Below, piece by piece: positions 43,301 to 55,500 of a stretch of DNA of 64,000 bases; position 1 is the stretch's first letter; the number at the start of each line of letters is the position of its first letter. The stretch is from Heteronotia binoei. Taxonomy: Eukaryota. The notes under the pieces were generated by a model, which made no database searches, was not told where the DNA came from, and saw nothing but the letters and a program-made list of their open reading frames with translations. The stretch covers positions 157,294,001 through 157,358,000 of the forward strand of contig NC_083226.1 in the NCBI RefSeq assembly GCF_032191835.1. The letters run 5' to 3'. The position numbers were made by a program, and so were the translations under genes.

Positions 43301-46300
43301 ACTAACTTACCATGAGGCATCACTTCCTGCTTCATGGCACTTGGGTTTTTTGGCCACTGTGTGACACAGAGTGTTGGACTGGATGGGCCATTGGCCTGAT
43401 CCAGCATGATTTCTCTTATGTTTTTAACTCAGCTTAGAGGAAACACTGCTTGCAACTCACCTTTGGGAATCAGTTATTTTCCCCAGCTGGAAGAACTTAT
43501 CTGCCTGGCTGTAACTGTTGCTGATCCCTGACCTGGATAGCCCAAGCTCGCCCAATTTCACCAGATTTCAGAAGTTAAGCAGGGTTGGTCCTGGCTAGTA
43601 TTTGGATGGGAGACTTCCAAGAATACCAGAGGTGTGATGCAGAGGCAGGCAATGGTAAACCAGCTCTGAAAAACCAAGTCTAGCTTGCCCCCTAGTGGTG
43701 CATAATACTAAAAGAGCTAGACCTTCTGATTGCCAGACAATCTTAGGATCTCTTGGCTATATTATACACACTGCCATACAATAATTATAATTATTATTAC
43801 TCTATTATTGTTCCTAAGAGCTTCTTAGTATATGGCTTTCACAATCATGTGAAAGTAGAGTTTCTTGTTTTCTTAAAACTGCTCTTTTTTGTCTTGTGAC
43901 AGATTGATTCCTGTAAAAAAATCTAGGCCACATTTGTATGCCTGCCTTCAGAACAGCCATCTAGTCTCACAAGACACCATCTCAGAAGGGTCCTCATGAG
44001 ACACACTGACTTCCTGCTTGTGAACTACAAAGCTGAATGCAGATTTTAACTTGGCAACCTCAATGCCAACTCTACTGCCCTGGCCACCCCACACAGCAAA
44101 GATATTTTTTCTGCACCCAATGTGCTACGCCCAAGGCATAGTAGATGGTCAGAAGAGTGCTCAGAATCTCCCTCTTTTCCTTTGCAGATGCCGGAGGGCT
44201 GCTTCCGTCCATTAACAAGGTCCCTTTGGCTGAGTTTGCATGCTGCAGAGCCTGAGCAGAAAAACCTATGGAAATCAGTAAGAATCAGGGGTCGCTTTGT
44301 AGACAAATAGGTTGTGGAGCAAATCTGAATAACTCATTAGCATATGCCACCATCCCCCAGCCAAAAGCAACCCGATGCAAGAAAGGAGAGCCCTGGGCAA
44401 GCGAGGTCTGCTTGGGCTGGCTGGAGATCCAAGCAGGCCTTGCTCACCTGAGGCTCTCCTGGGCTGCCCCCCCCCCAGTCAAAAGGCCAGCAAATAACAG
44501 AAGAAGTGCCCAAAATAACATGTGAAGAAAGGGTGGCATGGGCTTCTCCAGGGGTTAATGAGAGCTGCTGGGGGCATGGCAAAGCCCCTGGTGGCTGGCT
44601 GCCTGCCTGCTCTCCTAATTCACCTACTATTCAATAGGCAAGGTAGGAAGAGGGGGAACCGCCGTCAGAAAGGTTCAGGAGCTGCACTCCTATGAGCTCC
44701 TGCTGAATCTGAGGCCTGGTAAGAATATGTTTAAACCACGGAATGAAGTGTGCCATGTTCCTTAAAACAATTCCAGAAAGGGAATAAAACCTCAAATCTA
44801 GGGTTGCCAGCCTCCAGCCGATCTCCAGGTGACAGAGATCAGTTCACTTGGAGAAAATGGCCACTTTGGAAGGTGCTTTGGAAAGTATGGCATTGTAACC
44901 TGTTGAGCTCCCTCTCTTCCCCAAACCCCACCTCCCCCCCACCCCCAGTCTCCTGGTATTTCCCTACTTGGAGCTGGCAACCCTAACACTTATGCAGATA
45001 TTTGTGGTTTTTTAAATTTTATTTACATTATTTCTTGCAGGGACTCAAGATGGATTGCACATCGTGAATGAGTATAATCGGTAAAATTAGAGAGCCAGCA
45101 TGGTGTTGTGGTTAAAGTGTTGGACTACGGTCTGGGAAACCCAGGTTTAAATCATGGACGATGTAAGTTACTTTGGGTTCCCATTAGAGAGAAAGGTGGA
45201 ACATAAGTAAAATAAGTTTCTTTGGCATTAGAAGAAGAAGACAACGACAACGACGACGACTGCAGATTTATACCCCACTGTTCTCTCTGAATCAGAGACT
45301 CAGAGCGGCTTAAAATCTCCTATATCTTCTCCTCCCACAACAGACACCCTGTGAGGTGGGTGGGGCTGAGAGGGCTCTCATGGGAGCTGTCCTTTCAAGG
45401 ACAACTCCTGCAATAGCTATGGCTGACCCAAGGTCATTCTAGCTGCAAGTGGAGGAGTGGGGAATCAAACCCAGTTCTCCCAGATAAGAATCCACACTTA
45501 ACCACTACACCAAACTGGCTCTTTAGCTTTCATGGTAACAGACAGGGACTGTAGAGTATCGGACTCTACACACGCGCCGCGCGTCCTCGGGCGACCAGGC
45601 ACAGCGCGGGGAAAGTCACGGCCAATCAATGTCAAGCGCGGGAAGTTTAACTGGCCAGGATTGGGCTGGCCAGCGGGGGGGTTGTTCCGGGGTGTTGTAT
45701 ATATTGGCGGACCCGGCCGCGTGTTCCCCAGTTCCGTAATGTACTAGCGAATAAAGCCTGAAGTCTTCACCACGTCTCGTCTCCCAGTACATTACACTGG
45801 CGACGAGGATGGGATTGAGCTAGGTCCGGCCGCCCGAGGGGAACCAGACCTGGCCGGAGACGAGGAAGGCGGAGACCGCAGGATCGCACAGCCCGCCGCC
45901 GCCATGGCGAACCCAAGTGTAACGACGGGCCATCTTGCGGAATTCAACCCGGAGCACCCCGAGAGATGGGAGACCTACACAGAAAGGGTCGAATGCTACC
46001 TGCGTGCGAACCTGATCGAAGATGACGACAGGAAGAGAGACGTCCTGCTGAGCGTCTGTGGAGAAGAAACCTTCGAGATCGCACGGGGTCTCTCCGCTCC
46101 GGCGAAGCTGACTGAGAGGACCTACGGGGAGGTCGTGAGACTCCTCACGGGCCACTTTTCGCCCCAACCGTCCATCGTCGCCCGCCGATTCCTCTTCCAC
46201 AAGAGGGACCAGAAGTCGGGGGAGACAGCGGCGGTCTACCTGGCGGCCCTTCGGCAGATCGCCGGGAACTGCAGTTTCGACAAGAGGGACGAAGCCCTGA

Positions 46301-49300
46301 GGGACCGTTTCGTCTGGGGCCTCCGAGACGAGCGACTGCAGCAGAAGCTCTTCGCAAAGGAGGAGCTCACCCTACAACAAGCCTTCAACGAGGCGACGGC
46401 GTTCGAGAGGGCCACCAAGGCGTATGGCCAGCCGCGGGGAGAGGCAGTACACCAAGAAGAAATGGGACCAGAGGACCGAGCAGAGGAAGAAGCGTTCCAG
46501 CTCCGACGGCCACAGAGGACAGAAACTCGGGTCCCCGCGAGACAACGAGCGACGGAGAGGGCCCCCACCAACCCCAGCTCCAAGTGCGCCAGCTGCGGCG
46601 ACCCCCACGAAAGGAGGGACTGCCCGTACCGAAACCTGGACTGCAGAAGCTGTGGGAAGATGGGCCACATCGCCCGGGCTTGCCGGGCCAAGAGCAGCCG
46701 TCGACCACCGTCAGCGCATCACGATTCCATGGACACCCACACGACGGCATCCACCAGCTTGCAGGTACTGAACTTGCCCCTCGCAGCCCCGGACAAGGTC
46801 AAAATGTCTGTCCGGATCGAGGGCGCCCCCTGCGTCATGGAAGTAGACTCGGGTTCCTCGATCTCCATAATTTCAGAGGAGACCCTTACGAGACTATGCC
46901 CCCGCCGCCGCCTCCAAACGAGGCCAGCGGATTTCGTACTGAGGGACTTCCAGAAAAACCCGGTTCACGTCGTGGGGTGGGCCCAGGTGCATGTGGAGAG
47001 GGGAAGCTTTAAGGGGCCCCTAGACATACTGGTGGTCAAGCGCCAACTGACCACCCTTCTGGGGTTAGCTTGGTTCCAACCACTGGGGATCAAGCTGGTA
47101 GGGGTGGAGCACGTGCAGGCCAGCAACTTCGAAGGGGTCTGCCAGGAGTTCCCCGAGGTTTTCGATGGGTCCCTGGGGAGCTACAAGGGGCCGCCCATCA
47201 CCCTACCGATTGACCCCATGGTCCGGCCCATACGGCTCAAAGCGAGGCGCGTCCCGTTTGCCCTAAAGCCGAAAATTGAGGCAGAACTGGATCGCCTCAC
47301 GGCCCAGGGCGTCTTGGAGCCTGTAACTTATGCGGCTTGGGAGACCCCCATTGTAACGCCAGTGAAACCGAACGGGGACGTAAGGATCTGCGCTGACTAC
47401 AAGTGCACGATCAACAAAGCGCTCCAGGATAACCCGTATCCAGTCCCCGTAGTCAGCCATGTACTATCGACACTCGCAGGGGCACGGGTTTTTGGCAAGC
47501 TGGACTTAGCACAGGCATACCAGCAACTGCCAGTCGACGCTAAGACAGCAGAGGCGCAGACGATCGTGACCCACAGGGGGGCGTTTAGAGTTAAACGATT
47601 GCAGTTCGGGGTGAGCGTGGCTCCGGGAATTTTCCAAAGCATAATGGACTCTCTCCTTAAAGGAATTCCCGGAGTGCAACCCTTCTTCGATGATGTTTTA
47701 ATCGCCGCCCCGAACGAAGAAGAGTTCAAAGGCCGCCTGCGAGAGGTCCTCCGGAGGTTCCAAGCGGCGGGGTTGAAAGTGAAGAAGGAAAAATGTCTGT
47801 TGGGGGTTCCGCGGGTGGAGTTCCTGGGATTCGCCGTGGACGCGGCTGGAATTCACCCGACTAAGGACAAGACTAGGGCCATTGTGCAGGCCCCCGCTCC
47901 CAAAAGCAAAGCGGAGCTACAAAGTTTTTTGGGTTTGCTGAATTTTTATCACTCGTTCCTGCCCCACAAGGCCGCCGTGGCGGAACCGTTACACCGTTTG
48001 CTTGATAAACAAGCCCCGTGGGTCTGGGGGAAGCGCCAAGCCGCGGCGTTCCAGGCAGTCAAGGACCTATTGGTCTCGAATGCGGTTTTGCACCACTATG
48101 ATGAAACCCTGCCACTGATCTTGGCTTGCGACGCCTCCCCCTACGGGGTGGGAGCGGTCTTGGGGCACCAACTCCCGGACGGGAGGGAAGTGCCAGTAGC
48201 ATGCTATTCACGGACCCTATCCCCAGCGGAGCGGAACTACGCTCAAATCGATAAGGAGGCCCTGGCGATCGTGGCGGGGGTGCACAAGTTCAACGACTAC
48301 CTCTACGGTAGGCGTTTCACCATCGCCACTGACCACAAGCCGCTCCTGGGCCTCCTAGCTCCAGACCGTCAGACCCCCCAAATCCTATCCCAGAGGGTCC
48401 TGAGGTGGAACCAGTTCCTGAACTCCTACACGTATGAACTGGTACACCGCCCGGGCAAAGCCATGGGACACGCCGATGCCCTCAGCCGCCTGCCGCTCCC
48501 CATAACAGAACCCGATCCCGCCCCCGCACACGGGGTAATGCTCATTGAATCTCTCCCGGAGCGCCCACTGCACGCGGCAGAGGTGGCCCGGGCGACAGGG
48601 AGGGACCGCATCCTGGCACGGGTCAGGGACTGGGTGGGGAGGGGGTGGCCGGCAGGCAAAGTGGAAGAAGTGTTCAGACCGTTCGCGTCCAGGAAGGACG
48701 AGCTTTCGACACACAAGGGGTGCGTGCTTTGGGGCAGCCGGGTGGTGGTTCCCCCCCCCTTGCGCAAACAGGTACTGGAAGACCTCCACGAGACCCACCC
48801 GGGCATCGTGAGGATGAAAGCCCTGGCCGTAGTTATGTGTGGTGGCCGGGCATGGATGAGGAAATTGAGGGGTGGGTGAGGAGGTGCCAACCCTGCCAAG
48901 AATCCCGGCCCGATCCCCCGTCAGCCCCGGTCCACAGATGGGAGTCTAACAGGCGGCCATGGTCCCGCCTCCACTTAGATTTTGCCGGCCCGTATCAGGG
49001 CCAGATCTTTTTTATACTTGTGGATGCCTACACAAAATGGTTAGAGGTGATTCCGGTAGCCTCAACCTCCACGGCGGCAGCCGTCCGAGCACTCAGGAAG
49101 GTCCTATGCACGCATGGGATCCCAGACACCCTGGTGACGGATAACGGAACGGCCTTCACCTCCCGGGAATTCCGGGAGTTCACGGAGAGGTACCTCATAC
49201 GACACATAAGGTCCGCACCATTCCATCCGGCAACCAACGGCCAGGCGGAGCGGATGGTGCGGACCACCAAGGAAGCACTGGGGAGAATAGTACAGGGGGA

Positions 49301-52300
49301 TTGGGACCACCGCCTCTCAGCCTTCCTGTTCCACAACAGGATCACCCCAAACCCTATAACGGGATCCAGCCCCGCGGAACTGCTCATGGGGAGGAAACTG
49401 ACAACCCGTCTAGACAGGCTGCACCCAGACCGGGCCCCCGAGGTCCGCGGGTCCCCAGAGGTCCGGGAGGCAGTGCGGGGGTTCTTTCCGGGTGACCCTG
49501 TATACGCGAAGAACTTCGCAAGCGGCCCCGATTGGGTCGCGGGGAGAGTCCTCAGGGTGACAGGTTCCAGGTCATACGAGGTGACCACCGAGGGGGGCCA
49601 GGTACTAAGACGGCACATAGATCAGCTGCGCCGCCGCACCCTACCCGAAGAAATGGAGGAGGCAGGGAATAGGGAACAGCTAGCAACAGAAGCGCCGGGG
49701 GGGGCCCCGCCAATACAGGAACTACCTACTTATGATGCCCCCAGAGACACCGAATCAGAGCCGGAGCCAGAAGCAGACCCCAGCGTCCCACAACCAAGAG
49801 CGGCATCGCCCACACCAGAACCAGACCCAGCTCCACGAGCGACCCCGAGGAGATCGACACGGGAACGGAGAGCACCAGCATACCTCCGGGACTATGTGGT
49901 CTGAACTAGGGGGGGAGGAGTGTAGAGTATCGGACTCTACACACGCGCCGCGCGTCCTCGGGCGACCAGGCACAGCGCGGGGAAAGTCACGGCCAATCAA
50001 TGTCAAGCGCGGGAAGTTTAACTGGCCAGGATTGGGCTGGCCAGCGGGGGGGTTGTTCCGGGGTGTTGTATATATTGGCGGACCCGGCCGCGTGTTCCCC
50101 AGTTCCGTAATGTACTAGCGAATAAAGCCTGAAGTCTTCACCACGTCTCGTCTCCCAGTACATTACAGGGACCCTTCTGTAGTTGGTAAGATTCATTCAG
50201 TGGTCACTAGATGGCAGCCCTTGCATAGCTTGCAAACCATTACATTTGTGCGGCAATTGTACAGAAAGAAGACCTGGATTTGTCAATCAATTGTAAATCT
50301 ACCCTGGCACAAAACTCCTTCAATTTGGATCACTCCCTTTAAATCTGAGTGGGCTCCTGCATCTTTAATTACAAGGTACAACAAAAACCCAACAGGTGAA
50401 ATGGCCTTTGCTACACTGCCAGGTTGCTGGAAGCTTCACCTGGTGAATAACTGGCTGCCATTAAAAGGCATCAATAACCTGCTTTTTAAAATAGTAGCGT
50501 TCATCAGCACAAAGGCATTAATAGCACTATGGGCCGCCATGACAATGTGAAGGAGCAAAATTAGCTTTGTGGGACTGGATTTTTTCCCCAGCAGCATTCT
50601 CAAATAGTGACAAACTGTGGTTCCATCATAGCCAAGGAAACAGGAAGAGGGGAGAAGACCTTACCTGGAAGCACCAGGTAGCTGTGAGCAAGATTTGCCA
50701 GTGCTTGTGCCAGCCTCCAGTGCCCATTCCCATATATTATCCTCGTGAGAGCTACACAGCAAATCCATTCCCTGCGGGCTTGATGCATCTGGAAAACAAG
50801 ACCCAGGAGATGCGTCCCATTCTTCTGCAGGGCCGGATCTAGGGGAGGGCAGAGGGAGTGTTTGCCCCGGGCACCAACGGAGGGTGGGGGGCACCAAATT
50901 GGGTATAGAGCCATTGTATTCTATGGGACCATAAGACAGAATGGCCCATAAGGGGGAGTCATTTTTTAATTTTGCCCCCCCTCAAAAAAACATGTAGATC
51001 CGGTCCTGCTCTTCTGCTCTCCCTGGACGCTTCAGGGCAGCAGGCATGGTCTGCCTGAGTTATTTTCCAGGCTTTGAGACAATGTCATTTCTGTGCTTCT
51101 GGGTACCAAGACCCAAGTCTTAAGTCTGCACCAGTGCAAATCTGTGGGTTATTTTAATTTTGTGCAGTTGGTCCTACAGCTGACCTGCAATTTGTGTTCT
51201 GTCTCCCGTCAGCTCTGTGCTACTTGCATGCTGATGCACCTCACTGAAATACGGACAAAAGCAATTCAGTATGAGAGAAAGATCTGGAGCAGCTTTGGTG
51301 CCCAGAAAACGCAAGGCAGGGATTTGTAGTGGGAAAGGAGTATGTGTGTGTGTGTAAAGTTTAAAAATGTTCTTGCATGAGGTCTAGAAACCTGTTTTTT
51401 CCCCCCAAAGGAAGACAGGGTCTCTATTTCTACAGCTAGGCAGTGAATGTTACACCCAGCATTCAATGCCGTGTTATAATAATGATAATGATATTAAATT
51501 TTTATTCTGCCCTCCATTCTGAATCTCAGAGTTTTAGAGTGGCTCACAATCTCCTTTACCTTCTTCCCTCACAACAGACACCTTGTGAGATAGGTGGGGC
51601 TAAGAGCTTTGGCTGACCCAAGGCCATTCCAGCAGCTGCAAGTGGAGGAGTGGGGAATCAAACCTGGTTCTCCCAGATAAGAGTCCGCACACTTAACCAC
51701 TACACCAAACTGACTTTACTGTGTGTGGCAGCTAGTTTTAAACTGGGCTGAAACAACTCAGACTTTACTGATAACTGGCCAGGGTGAAATCAACCCCTTC
51801 GGTCTTTGGGAAAGCTTCCTCACTATACAGAACCCAACTGAATGATTTTATTTCACCCTGCCCAATTACCGTACCTACTGACTTCTTACCTTTGTATATT
51901 TACACTTTAACTTGTGACAATTCTTCAAGCTTATGTCATCACCCAAAAGCAAAATGTGCAAAGAATTCTCTTATTTCCAGTTTTAAGAAAGCACAGTGGT
52001 GTGTGCTTGGGGGGGATAACTTGGAATTACAATTGATCTCCAGAATACATAAATTACAGTGGTTAAGTGCGCAAACTCTAATCTGGGAGAACCAGGTTTG
52101 ATTCTCCACCCCTCCACCTGCTGGTATGACCTTGAGTCAGTCACAAATTCTCACAAAACTGTTCTTCTCAAGGGCAATTCTCTCAGAGCTCTCTCAGCCC
52201 CACCTATCTCCCAGGGTGTCTGCTGTGGGGAGGGGAGGGGAAGGGAAAGTAGATTGTAAACTGCTCTGAGATTCCGAGTGAAGGGAATACAATCACCTCC

Positions 52301-52482
52301 TCCTCCTCCTCTTCTTCTTCATTAAAAAAATAATTATTCTACTTCTGGCGGAAGTGGTTACTCTGGAAAGTGGGTATGCATACCATTATATTCTACCATA
52401 AGAACATAAGAGAAGCCATGTTAGATCAGGCCAATGGCCCATCCTGTCCAACACTCTGTGTCACAAAGTGGCCAAAAAAAAT

Positions 52483-52527
<45 letters not shown>

Positions 52528-55500
52528 TGGCTGATAGCCACTGATGGACCTCTGCTCCATATTTTTATCTAAACCCCTCTTGAAGGTGGCTATGCTTGTG
52601 GCCGCCACCACCTCCTGTGGCAGTGAATTCCACATGTTAATCACCCTTTGGGTGAAGAAGTACTTCCTTTTATCCGTTTTAACCTGTCTGCTCAGCAATT
52701 TCATCGAATGCCCACGAGTTCTTGTGAGAAAGGGAGAAAAGTACTTCTTTCTCTACTTTCTCCATCCCATGCATTATCTTGTAAACATCTATCATGTCAC
52801 CCCACAGTCGATGTTTCTCCAAGCTAAAGAGTCCCAAGCGTTTCAACCTTTCTTCATAGGGAAAGTGTTCCACCCCTTTAATCATTCTAGTTGCCCTTTT
52901 CTGGACTTTCTCCAGTGCTATAATATCCTTTTTGAGGTGCGGCGACCAGAACTGCACACAGTACTCCAAATGAGACCGCACCATCGATTTATACAGGGGC
53001 ATTATGATACTGGCTGATTTGTTTTCAATTCCCTTCCTAATAATTCCCAGCATGGCGTTGGCCTTTTTTATTGCAAACGCACACTGTCTTGACATTTTCA
53101 GTGAGTTATCTACCACGACCCCAAGATCTCTCTCTTGGTCAGTCTCTGCCAGTTCACACCCCATCAAGTTGTATTTGTAGCTGGGATTCTAGGCCCCAAT
53201 GTGCATTACTTTGCACTTGGCCACACTGAACTGCATCTGCCACGTTGACGCCCACTCACCCAGCCTCAACAGATCCCTTTGGAGTTCCTCACAATCCTCT
53301 CTGGTTCTCACCACCCTGAACAATTTAGTGTCATCCGCAAACTTGGCCACTTCACTGCTCACTCCCAACTCTAAAACTAATAAGTCACCGGGTCCGGATG
53401 GCATACATCCGAGAGTTCTGAAAGAACTCAAAGTTGAACTTGTGGATCTTCTAACAAAAATCTGTAATCTTTCATTGAAATCTGCCTCCGTTCCTGAGGA
53501 CTGGAAGGTAGCAAATGTCACCCCCATCTTTAAAAAGGGTTCCAGAGGAGATCCGGGAAATTACAGGCCAGTCAGTCTGACTTCAATACCGGGAAAGTTG
53601 GTAGAAACCATTATCAAGGACAGAATGAGTAGGCACATGGATGAACACGGGTTATTGAGGAAGACTCAGCATGGGTTCTGCAAGGGAAGATCTTGCCTCA
53701 CTAACCTGTTACATTTCTTTGAGGGGGTGAACAAACATGTGGACAAAGGAGACCCGATAGATGTTGTTTACCTTGACTTCCAGAAAGCTTTTGATAAAGT
53801 TCCTCATCAAAGGCTCCTTAGAAAGCTTGAGAGTCATGGAGTAAAAGGACAGGTCCTCTTGTGGATCAAAAACTGGCTGAGTAATAGGAAGCAGAGAGTG
53901 AGTATAAATGGGCAGTCTTCGCAGTGGAGGACGGTAAGCAGTGGGGTGCCGCAGGGCTCGGTACTGGGTCCCATCCTCTTTAACTTGTTCATAAATGATT
54001 TAGAGTTGGGAGTGAGCAGTGAAGTGGCCAAATTTGCGGATGACACTAAATTGTTCAGGGTGGTGAGAACCAGAGAGGATTGTGAGGAACTCCAAAGGGA
54101 TCTGTTGAGGCTGGGTGAGTGGGCGTCAACGTGGCAGATGCGGTTCAATGTGGCCAAGTGCAAAGTAATGCACATTGGGGCCAAGAATCCCAGCTACAAA
54201 TACAAGTTGATGGGGTGTGAACTGGCAGAGACAGACCAAGAGAGAGATCTTGGGGTCATGGTAGATAATTCACTGAAAATGTCAAGACAGTGTGCGTTTG
54301 CAATAAAAAAGGCCAACGCCATGCTGGGAATTATTAGGAAGGGAATTGAAAACAAATCAGCCAGTATCATAATGCCTCTGTATAAATCGATGGTGCGGTC
54401 TCATTTGGAGTACTGTGTGCAGTTCTGGTCGCCGCACCTCAAAAAGGATATTATAGCATTGGAGAAAGTTCAGAAAAGGGCAACTAAAATGATTAAAGGG
54501 CTGGAACACCTTCCCTATGAAGAAAGGTTGAAACGCTTAGGGCTCTTTAGCTTGGAGAAACGTCGACTGAGGGGTGACATGATAGAAGTTTACAAGATAA
54601 TGCATGGGATGGAGAAAGTAGATAAAGAAGTACTTTTCTCCCTTTCTCACAATACAAGAACTCGTGGGCATTCGATGAAATTGCTGAGCAGACAGGTTAA
54701 AACGGATAAAAGGAAGTACTTCTTCACCCAAAGGGTGATTAACATGTGGAATTCACTGCCACAGGAGGTGGTGGCGTCCACAAGCATAGCCACCTTCAAG
54801 AAGGGGTTAGATAAAAATATGGAGCAGAGGTCCNNNNNNNNNNNNNNNNNNNNNNNNNNNNNNNNNNNNNNNNNNNNNNNNNNNNNNNNNNNNNNNNNNN
54901 NNNNNNNNNNNNNNNNNNNNNNNNNNNNNNNNNNNNNNNNNNNNNNNNNNNNNNNNNNNNNNNNNNNNNNNNNNNNNNGAATGTTGGACTGGATGGGCCA
55001 TTGGCCTGATCTAACATGGCTTCTCTTATGTTCTTATGTTCTTAAATCATTTATGAACACGTTAAAGAGCATGGGACCCAGTACCGAGCCCTGCGGCACC
55101 CCACTGCTTACCGTCCTCCACTGCGAAGACTGCCCATTTATACTCACTCTCTGCTTCGTATTACTCAGCCAGTTTTTGATCCACAAGAGGACCTGTCCTT
55201 TTACTCCATGACTCTCAAGCTTTCTAAGGAGCCTTTGATGAGGAACTTTATCAAAAGCTTTCTGGAAGTCTCCCTTCAAGATTTCTCCCTTCCCTAAACC
55301 TTACTCTCCAAGGTTCCACCCTCAAATCTGCCATATTTCCAAACCCAGAGTTGGCAAACCTATGAAATCTGTCAGTTTTCTCAGCTCCCTCAATACCAGG
55401 AACACTTTCTCTGAGGCATCCCAGAAGCTGCACCCCAAAGCATCCTGGGAAATTTATTCCAAAGGTGCTTGATGTTAAACCAAATTCCCTGTGAAAGAAG

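Larger units (their letters stand above)
45550..50167 (+). mobile_element. Full-length Ty3/Gypsy LTR retrotransposon (Mag-like), 4618 bp, antisense within a TTC23L intron
   Basis: TG...CA LTRs at 45550-45796 and 49921-50167; GGGAC TSD at 45545-45549 and 50168-50172; PBS, PPT, and gag-PR-RT-RH-IN domain order. Confidence 0.97.
52397..55270 (-). mobile_element. CR1 LINE fragment (52397-53375 plus 55043-55270) split by a second CR1
   Basis: Reverse-complement CR1 tail at 52397; the RT sequence ...CCCAACTCTAAA|TCATTTATGAAC continues across the insert. Confidence 0.9.

Noticed and set aside
46145-49618. Many overlapping ORFs on both strands within the Gypsy
   Set aside because: Expected by-products of GC-rich coding sequence; no independent motifs, and no env gene between integrase and the PPT.
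53199-55211. 670-aa ORF that looks like a long intact RT gene
   Set aside because: A chimera of antisense host CR1, the inserted 5'-truncated CR1 and an N gap; it has no endonuclease or ORF1.
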